Source of the DNA: Burkholderiales bacterium
Lineage (GTDB): Bacteria; Pseudomonadota; Gammaproteobacteria; Acidiferrobacterales; Sulfurifustaceae
NCBI GenBank assembly: GCA_036396275.1
Contig: DASWLD010000099.1
Span: forward strand, 1-24,000
DNA length: 24,000 nucleotides
Direction of reading: 5' to 3'
The number at the start of each line of letters is the position of its first letter. Positions within the stretch are counted from its first letter, which is position 1. Below the pieces are notes generated by a model. That model was not told where the DNA came from. It made no database searches and worked only from the letters and a program-made list of their open reading frames with translations. Shown one piece after another: positions 13,753-20,252 of this stretch. The position numbers and the translations under genes are program-made.

Positions 13753-14363
13753 GTCTTCGAACGGCGACTTTCATCCGCCGCGCTGCCGCTGTCGCGCTCG
13801 GCTTGATCGCGGCGGTCGCGGTGGCGGTGGTCGCGTACCGCTATGCGACCGGGCAATCAGAAGGCGAGGGCGCCGGCGCCGATGCCACGATCAAGGTCGG
13901 TGGCCGGGACTTCATTCGATGGGACACGCCGCGCACGCTGCCGGCCGTCGTCTTTGCCGACGAGAATGGCCGTGAGGTCACGCTCGAGCAATTCCGCGGC
14001 CGCGTGGTGCTGCTAAACGTTTGGGCCACGTGGTGCGTGCCGTGCCGCAAGGAGATGCCGACGCTCGACCGATTGCAGGCGAAGCTCGGCGGTCCGGACT
14101 TCGAGGTCGTCGCGCTCTCGATCGATCAGGACGGAATCGCCGCCGTGCGCAAGTTCTATCAAGAGGTCGGCATCAAGCATCTGCGGATTTACAACGACCC
14201 GACGGCCGATGCGACTGCGCGCCTCAATATTCTCGGCATACCGGCGACGTTGCTCGTCGATCGCGCGGGCCGCGAGGTTGGGCGCGCCTTGGGGCCGGCG
14301 GAGTGGGATGCGCCGGACGTGATCGAACTCATTCGGGCGCATTGGAACCCGCCGTCAAAATGA
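13749..14363 (+). CDS. tlpA: TlpA-family thiol:disulfide oxidoreductase
   Basis: ATGA overlap. TM anchor, VWATWCVPCRKEMP, GIPATLLVD. Confidence 0.9.
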   Translation: MSLRTATFIRRAAAVALGLIAAVAVAVVAYRYATGQSEGEGAGADATIKVGGRDFIRWDTPRTLPAVVFADENGREVTLEQFRGRVVLLNVWATWCVPCRKEMPTLDRLQAKLGGPDFEVVALSIDQDGIAAVRKFYQEVGIKHLRIYNDPTADATARLNILGIPATLLVDRAGREVGRALGPAEWDAPDVIELIRAHWNPPSK

Positions 14364-14418
14364 TATGCGGTGCTCTTTCGCGCTTACGCCTATTCGTGAT
14401 GAGTAAGGAGCTTCAGAC

Positions 14419-15972
14419 ATGTTGACACGCCGAACCGCGTTAAGGGTGCTAACCGCCGGGGTGGGAATCCTTGCGGCACCGTTGCCGCTGCGGCGCGCGT
14501 TTGCCGGGCGTGAACCCGATTTGGTGCTGAGGCTCACCGCCGCGCCCGACGACGTGCAACTCCGGCCGGGACCCAGGACGCGAGTGCTGCGTTTCATGGG
14601 TGAGGTGTTGCGTGGCCGCACCGACGCCGTTAAACCCGCACCGGGTTACCTTGGACCGACGATTGAATTGCGCCGCGGCGAGCGCGTGCGCATTCAGTTC
14701 CGAAATCGCGCCTTCGGTCCGAGCATCGTCCACTGGCACGGCATGATCGTCCCCGACGTCGCCGACGGACATCCGCGTCACGCCGTCGGACCCGGCGGTG
14801 ATTACCTATACGAATTTACGGTGCAAAATCCGGCGGGGACTTATCTTTATCATCCCCATCCGCACGGACTCACCGGCGCGCAAGTGTACTACGGCTTGGC
14901 CGGGCTGCTCATCGTGCGCGACTCGGAGGAAACCGTGGGCGGACTGCCGGCCGGCGAGCGCGAGCTTGCGCTCGTGATCCAGGACCGGCGGGTCGGGCGC
15001 GACAATCAGTTCAGCTTCAAACGCATGATGATGGACGACATGAACGGCGTGCTCGGCGACACGGCGTTGGTCAATGGCAGACCCGACGCCGCCTTCACGG
15101 TGGTGCCGCGCACTTACCGGTTGCGGCTGGCCAATGTCTCGAACGCGCGCATTTACAAGCTCGCCTGGTCGGACGGCCGGCCGATGCGAGTCATTGCCAC
15201 CGATAACGGTCTTTTTTCCTCCGCCGAGGGCATTCAGACCCGGCCGTACGTGGTGGTCGCGCCGTTCCAACGTCTCGAACTGATCGAGGACTTCGGCGCG
15301 CGGCGCTCGAAAACGGAGATTGCGCTGATGAGCCGGGCGTTCTCGTCGCTATCCATGGATACCATGATGGGCGGCATGATGGGTAACGGCGGCGGAGGAA
15401 TGATGGGTGGAGGTGGAATGATGGGCGGCGGCATGATGGGTGGGATGATGCGGGGCATGATGGGCGCGGACCAAGGCGAGGAGCTTGTAGTGGCGCGCTT
15501 TACCGTCGCATCCGGGACGCGCGTTCGCGACGCGGATGTGCGTCTGCCCGATCCCATACCGTTTCCGGAGAAAACCGACGCCGAGTTATATACGGAGCTT
15601 GCGTTTCGCCATATGCGCGGCTTCCTGAACGGTCGCCGCTTCAACATGCTGGCGGTCGCCGACGAGGAGCGGCTGCCTCTTGGCCGCGCCGCCGTGTGGA
15701 CGTTCGCGAACGACGGGCCGGGAATGGCCATGCCGCACCCCATGCACATTCACGGCGTGCGTTTCCGGATTCTCGAGCGCAGCGGCGGCGCGGCGGCGGG
15801 CGATCTGCGCGAGGGCATCGTCGACGCCGGCTACAAGGACATGTTTCTGATCTTCCCCGGCGAGCGTGTGCGCGTCGGCCTCGTGCCGACCGAGCCCGGC
15901 ATGTTCATGTACCACTGTCACAACCTCGAGCACGAGGACGCCGGCATGATGCGCAACGTTGTCGTGAGTTGA
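14419..15972 (+). CDS. Tat-exported three-domain multicopper oxidase with Met/Gly-rich insert
   Basis: AAGGAG RBS. Twin-arginine leader MLTRRTALRVL. Copper motifs HWHG, HPHPHG, HPMHIHG, HCHNLEHEDAGMM. Insert MDTMMGGMMGNGGGGMMGGGGMMGGGMMGGMMRGMMG. Confidence 0.93.
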   Translation: MLTRRTALRVLTAGVGILAAPLPLRRAFAGREPDLVLRLTAAPDDVQLRPGPRTRVLRFMGEVLRGRTDAVKPAPGYLGPTIELRRGERVRIQFRNRAFGPSIVHWHGMIVPDVADGHPRHAVGPGGDYLYEFTVQNPAGTYLYHPHPHGLTGAQVYYGLAGLLIVRDSEETVGGLPAGERELALVIQDRRVGRDNQFSFKRMMMDDMNGVLGDTALVNGRPDAAFTVVPRTYRLRLANVSNARIYKLAWSDGRPMRVIATDNGLFSSAEGIQTRPYVVVAPFQRLELIEDFGARRSKTEIALMSRAFSSLSMDTMMGGMMGNGGGGMMGGGGMMGGGMMGGMMRGMMGADQGEELVVARFTVASGTRVRDADVRLPDPIPFPEKTDAELYTELAFRHMRGFLNGRRFNMLAVADEERLPLGRAAVWTFANDGPGMAMPHPMHIHGVRFRILERSGGAAAGDLREGIVDAGYKDMFLIFPGERVRVGLVPTEPGMFMYHCHNLEHEDAGMMRNVVVS

Positions 15973-16114
15973 TCCCATCGAGATGCATGCAGCCGTTGGC
16001 CTAGCTCTTATCTCAACCAATCGGTGCCATGGGCGCACTGCATGGCAGCCGTTCTTGGCGACGTGTCACCCGACCCGTTATTGTCGTTAACTTGAAACTG
16101 AAAAGGAGCACATC

Positions 16115-16426
16115 ATGAAAGAGTCGACGCTACTCATACAATCCGCGGTCGCAAGCCTGCTCGTTCTAGGAATGACGGCGGGCGCCGGCTCCGCCTTCGC
16201 TGCAAAAGGCGGAATCGATCGTTGCGCCGGGATTGCCAAAGCCGGTAAGAACGATTGCGGGACGGCGACGGCATCGTGCGCCGGCACGTCCAAGGTGGAC
16301 GGCGACAAAAACGCCTGGATTGCCGTACCGAAGGGGACGTGCGAAAAGATCGTCGGCGGCCAATTGGCCGACGCCGGTGCAATCGCGAAGCACATGAAGG
16401 AAATGGAAATGATGAAAAAGAAGTGA
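16115..16426 (+). CDS. DUF2282-type secreted Cys-containing peptide (bufferin BufA1-like precursor) with Met/Lys-rich tail
   Basis: AAGGAG RBS, 103 aa. Sec signal ending AFA. Core [47 protein letters not shown] (Cys37, 48, 55, 76) matches the DUF2282 pattern [10 protein letters not shown]...C.G....D...W..VP.G.C. Tail [13 protein letters not shown]. Confidence 0.8.
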   Translation: MKESTLLIQSAVASLLVLGMTAGAGSAFAAKGGIDRCAGIAKAGKNDCGTATASCAGTSKVDGDKNAWIAVPKGTCEKIVGGQLADAGAIAKHMKEMEMMKKK

Positions 16427-16435
16427 TTCAGATGG

Positions 16436-16461
16436 CCGATCCCGGCGCGCGCCGGGATCGG
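16436..16461 (+). terminator. Perfect 26-nt GC-rich palindrome after the DUF2282 gene (partial terminator/RNA stabiliser candidate)
   Basis: CCGATCCCGGCGC|GCGCCGGGATCGG starts 10 nt after the stop. No clear U-tract follows (TCCTTGG), so the terminator call is weak. Confidence 0.4.
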
Positions 16462-16505
16462 TCCTTGGATCGCGCTGGAATCCATCTTCATTTTCGGAGC
16501 GCTTT

Positions 16506-17108
16506 GTGAATCGACATGTTCTTGCGGCAGTAATGGCGAGCCTTCTCGGCGTCCTGCTTCCTGCCTCTGAGTCCGCGGCGCAGGACGTGGCCGCCAAGCG
16601 CGGCTTTCCTTTCGCTAATCACGGCAACGGCTTCGCGCTGTCGCCGAAGGTTTTGCTCGCGGCGGACGGCGTTTCCGACGGCGGCTTGCGTAAGCAATCG
16701 TCCGCGAGCGTCGATGGCGCGGACGAATTATTGCCGCCGGACCGGGCTTTCACCGTTTCCATTTCCGCCAAGGACGCCGACAACTTGGTGGCGGTGTTCA
16801 CTCCCGCGGAAGGTTATTTCCTGTATCGCGACAAGTTCATATTTCGCGTACAACAACCGCCGGGTATCGAGGTCGCGAACGTTGCGATCCCTCGCGGCGA
16901 AATCAAGGACGATCCGATCTTCGGGAAAACCGAGGTCTTCCATCGGCCGGTGCGGGTACGGGTTCAACTGAAGAGAACGAATTCTTCCGCGCGCAGCTTG
17001 ATGCTCTACGTCAGGTACCAGGGATGCAACGAACCGCTGGCGGTTTGTTATATCCCGATCGAAAAAACTTTGCGCATCACGCTACCGCCGGCGGCTCGCG
17101 GCGGCTGA
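16506..17108 (+). CDS. Stand-alone DsbD alpha (N-terminal periplasmic) domain protein
   Basis: GTG start with GGAG 7 nt upstream. Signal peptide. LLPPDRAF...GYFLYRDK...YQGCNEPLAVCYIP parallels E. coli DsbD-alpha (LPVDQAF...GYYLYR...YQGCADAGFCYPP). Confidence 0.85.
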   Translation: MNRHVLAAVMASLLGVLLPASESAAQDVAAKRGFPFANHGNGFALSPKVLLAADGVSDGGLRKQSSASVDGADELLPPDRAFTVSISAKDADNLVAVFTPAEGYFLYRDKFIFRVQQPPGIEVANVAIPRGEIKDDPIFGKTEVFHRPVRVRVQLKRTNSSARSLMLYVRYQGCNEPLAVCYIPIEKTLRITLPPAARGG

Positions 17109-17150
17109 ATCCGAATATGCATTCCTACGGATGCCAGAGTGACCTAAACA

Positions 17151-17891
17151 ATGTCTGAAATCGCGAACATCGGGTTGTTGACCGCCTTCCTGGCCGGTCT
17201 AATCTCCTTCGTCTCGCCGTGCGTGCTGCCGCTGGTGCCGGGTTATATTTCCTTTATCGCCGGGCGTTCGCTCGATGAGCTGGACGCGCCGACGCATTTC
17301 ACGCGGCTCACCCTGTTCGGGCAAGCGGCATTGTTCGTGCTCGGGTTCTCGACCGTGTTCATCGCGCTCGGCGCGAGCGCCACGGCGCTCGGGCGGCTGC
17401 TGCTCACGTACAAACAGGAAGCGAATCTCATCGGCGGGATAATCGTCGTGGTGTTCGGACTATTCATGACCGGGTTGATCAACCCGCGCTGGCTGCATCT
17501 CGATCTGCGTTTTGTACATCGGATCGAATTGCGCGGCGGGCCGGTGGCGGCGTATGTACTCGGGCTCGCGTTCGCGTTCGGCTGGACGCCATGCATCGGC
17601 CCGATTCTCGGCGCCATTCTCACCGTCAGCGCCTCGACCGCCTCGATCCAAGGCGGCATCGTCTTGCTGTCGGTTTACTCGCTCGGTTTAGGCGTACCCT
17701 TCGTGTTGACCGCGGTGTTTCTCGAACGCTTCCTGGTTCATCAGCCGCGCCTGCGACGTTGGAGTCGACCGCTGCACCTTGCCACCGGCATCATACTTAT
17801 CTTCGCAGGCATCGCGATCGCCACCGGTCAGCTCACGAAACTCTCTTATTGGCTTCTCGAGTTATTCCCGGCGCTGGGCCGTATCGGTTGA
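17151..17891 (+). CDS. ccdA: CcdA / DsbD-beta transmembrane electron transporter
   Basis: 246 aa. Canonical SPCVLPLVPGY (TM1) and WTPCIGPILG (TM4). Confidence 0.92.
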   Translation: MSEIANIGLLTAFLAGLISFVSPCVLPLVPGYISFIAGRSLDELDAPTHFTRLTLFGQAALFVLGFSTVFIALGASATALGRLLLTYKQEANLIGGIIVVVFGLFMTGLINPRWLHLDLRFVHRIELRGGPVAAYVLGLAFAFGWTPCIGPILGAILTVSASTASIQGGIVLLSVYSLGLGVPFVLTAVFLERFLVHQPRLRRWSRPLHLATGIILIFAGIAIATGQLTKLSYWLLELFPALGRIG

Positions 17892-18026
17892 CGTTCCCCG
17901 ACACATTTGTCGGTCTCGGCTGGCGTTAATGCCGCTCCATGAACTGTGGCGCTGCGTTGGAACCCGAGCCTTTTGCGTATTGATCTACATCAACACATAG
18001 CGGCGCGCGTCGGGTATTGTTCACAT

Positions 18027-18428
18027 ATGACCTTAAGTGTGAACCGGATGCAAGACAACAGATTCGCACGAGCGCTGGCGTTCGTCGCTGTTGCGGCGTT
18101 CGTTCTTCTTCTGGGTCCTTACTGCGACATCGTGAGTTCCGCGCGAGCCGAGGCGCCAAGCAACGCAAGCCATCACGCGACCGACGCGCAGGACCACGGA
18201 AAATCCTCGCCGGCCGATCTATGTCCGTCGCTCGATCACACGCCGGCTGTTCCGCCCGATGCCGTTTCTTCGCCGCTGGTTAACGCGACACCGGCGTTTC
18301 CGCCGGTGGGTGCACCTGGCCTCGTCGTGCGCATCCCGAACAGCCGAGGACGAATTACACCGCGAGCGACGCCACCGCCAGGTCAACGCGTGCCGCTCTA
18401 TCTGCGCTACGCCCATCTTCTGACCTAG
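18027..18428 (+). CDS. Small secreted/anchored His-rich hypothetical protein (start uncertain)
   Basis: ATG 18027 or 18048 within ORF 17946..18428. Signal-like ALAFVAVAAFVLLLG, SHHATDAQDHG, CPSLDH, Pro-rich. C-terminus PRATPPPGQRVPLYLRYAHLLT resembles the C-terminus of ORF 7592. Confidence 0.4.
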   Translation: MTLSVNRMQDNRFARALAFVAVAAFVLLLGPYCDIVSSARAEAPSNASHHATDAQDHGKSSPADLCPSLDHTPAVPPDAVSSPLVNATPAFPPVGAPGLVVRIPNSRGRITPRATPPPGQRVPLYLRYAHLLT

Positions 18429-18674
18429 CCCTCCGCCGTCGACGGCGCACGTCGGCGCGCGGGTTCGGCTACGGCAGCAGTAACCGCGAATAAGTCGACC
18501 CGGCAACCGACGTGCCATTCAACGCTCGGAGCTTTCTTGGAGAGTACTATGTTAACAGTTACCGAATTCTCTCGACGCCACGGCAACCTTGAATGCTTGA
18601 CTTACGTGTAGCGCACGCGCGTACAAGGTCCTTCCGGGCGGTCATGCATTACTCCCCACGTTGAGAACCGAAAA

Positions 18675-19259
18675 ATGCCAGTCATCGTAACGTCGAAAGA
18701 ACACCGGTTTCCGTGGTACGTGCACTTGTTCTTTTGGAATCAGCGCCGCAAGTACGGCGCCGTGCTCGAACCGGCGCGCCTGTGGGGACGATCCCCGAAG
18801 GTGTTTATCGCACTGGCGTCGCTGTACGGTGCGCTCGATCGGCGGTCTTCGCCGATCGAAGCGCCGTTACGCTCGCTGATCACGGTGCGGGTGTCGCAGA
18901 TTAACGGGTGCGCGTTCTGCGTCGACATCAATTCGGCGACGGTGTTGAAGCGCGGCGTCGACCAAGGGAAGCTCGCGGCGCTTGCCGACTTCGAAACCAG
19001 CCTGCTTTTCAGCAAGCGCGAGAAGGCGGCGCTCGCCTATGCCGAGGCGGTGACGCATTCGGATCGCCGCGCCACGGCCGAACATTTCACGCGACTGCGC
19101 CGTCATTTCGACGATGACGCGATCATTGAGTTGACCGGGCTGATCGCGTTTCAAAACTTGTCGAGCAAGTTCAACGCGGCGCTCGGCGTGGAGCCACAAG
19201 GCTTCTGTGCGGTGCCGCCGCAGCCGCGACGCGAACGCGCCGGCTCGACGACAAATTGA
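18675..19259 (+). CDS. Carboxymuconolactone decarboxylase (AhpD-like) family protein
   Basis: 194 aa. VSQINGCAFCVD CxxC motif and overall CMD-family layout. Confidence 0.85.
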   Translation: MPVIVTSKEHRFPWYVHLFFWNQRRKYGAVLEPARLWGRSPKVFIALASLYGALDRRSSPIEAPLRSLITVRVSQINGCAFCVDINSATVLKRGVDQGKLAALADFETSLLFSKREKAALAYAEAVTHSDRRATAEHFTRLRRHFDDDAIIELTGLIAFQNLSSKFNAALGVEPQGFCAVPPQPRRERAGSTTN

Positions 19260-19309
19260 GGAGAGCGAGTAATGTATCACGACAAATCAGTCCAAGCGGT
19301 GCCGCCGCA

Positions 19310-19774
19310 ATGACAAAAACAACTTGGGCAAGGCCAATATCCTACGGCACCATGGCCGGGGCGTTGTTGCTAGGGGTGTACTTCGTGCTCCTGACGCTTG
19401 TGTCCGGTTGGGAATTCACGGTCGATCAATTCGCGCAGTACTGGTACTTCGTCGTGGCGCTGGCGGCCGGCTTCGGCGTTCAGATCGCGATGTATCTACG
19501 ATTGCGGCACGTAACGATGCATGGCGACGGTTCGGGGAAAATCGTCGCCGTGTCCGGCGGCACGTCCACGGCAGCGATGATTTCCTGTTGCACGCATTAT
19601 CTGGCGAACGTTCTTCCCGTCCTGGGTGCCACCGGCATCATGGCGCTGGTGGCGCAGTACCAATCCGAGCTGTTCTGGGTCGGCCTGGCGTTCAACGCGG
19701 CCGGTGCCGTCTACGTCGGCCGCAAGTTGTTCCAGGCAACCCGTCACATGGCACAGATGGAGCAAGGGATATGA
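19310..19774 (+). CDS. Membrane protein with vicinal-Cys motif (ISCCTHYLANVLPVLG)
   Basis: ATG 19310 within ORF 19256..19774 (the track start is a TTG overlapping the previous stop). About 4 TM helices. SGGTSTAAMISCCTHY motif. Confidence 0.7.
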   Translation: MTKTTWARPISYGTMAGALLLGVYFVLLTLVSGWEFTVDQFAQYWYFVVALAAGFGVQIAMYLRLRHVTMHGDGSGKIVAVSGGTSTAAMISCCTHYLANVLPVLGATGIMALVAQYQSELFWVGLAFNAAGAVYVGRKLFQATRHMAQMEQGI

Positions 19775-20208
19775 AATCGAAAACGACTGCATCGCGTTTC
19801 GTTGGTTGGTCCGTGGTGTTCGCGTTTATGGCGACGTTCGGCGGTATCGGGCAATCGCCGTCCGCGGTCGCCGCAACAAGTCTCGTCGCGCAAACAAACC
19901 GCGAAGGAAACGTCGAGGTAAAAGTCACGCCGCGAACGCTCGCCGCCGACGCTGCCGTGTGGGAGTTCGAGGTGACGTTCAGCACACATTCGGTGACGCT
20001 CACCGGTGACCCCGCGCAATTTTCGGTATTGGTCGATTCGCGCGGAAACACCCACCCCGCGCTGAAATGGAAGGGCGACCCCGCGGGCAGCCATCACCGC
20101 AAGGGCAGCTTGCAATTCAAACCGCTCGCCGGGGATGCCGCGGTCGAGCTGCGAATTAACGGAGTTGCCGGCGTGGCGTCGCGCAGTTTTCGTTGGCAAC
20201 GGCAATAG
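19771..20208 (+). CDS. Secreted protein of unknown function (beta-rich, GSHHRKGSLQF motif)
   Basis: ATG 19771 (ATGA overlap with the previous gene). Only the C-terminal 145 aa of track ORF 19324..20208 look real. Signal peptide FMATFGGIGQSPSAVA. Confidence 0.7.
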   Translation: MKSKTTASRFVGWSVVFAFMATFGGIGQSPSAVAATSLVAQTNREGNVEVKVTPRTLAADAAVWEFEVTFSTHSVTLTGDPAQFSVLVDSRGNTHPALKWKGDPAGSHHRKGSLQFKPLAGDAAVELRINGVAGVASRSFRWQRQ

Positions 20209-20252
20209 TTTCCATGCATCTCATTAACAACAACCACGCGAGGCGCTAGACA

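Noticed and set aside
15355-15477. Nucleotide-level ATGATGGG-type periodicity considered as a tandem repeat/CRISPR-like array
   Set aside because: It lies in frame inside the MCO gene and simply encodes the Met/Gly tract. There is no spacer-repeat architecture.
17898-17913. Hairpin CCGACA-CATT-TGTCGG after ccdA, and palindrome CGCCGTCGACGGCG at 18434-18447, as terminators
   Set aside because: Short stems without a following U-tract, not convincing as intrinsic terminators.
18596-18626. TTGACT-19 nt-TACAAG upstream of the CMD-family gene as a third MerR-type promoter
   Set aside because: The -10 box is poor, and the flanking symmetry (CTTGACTTACG / CGTACAAG) is gapped and not centred as in MerR-family operators.
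19324-19770. First 149 codons of the 294-aa ORF 19324..20208
   Set aside because: They overlap the CC-motif membrane protein in a different frame and translate to Arg/Gly-rich low complexity. The real protein starts at ATG 19771 with a signal peptide.
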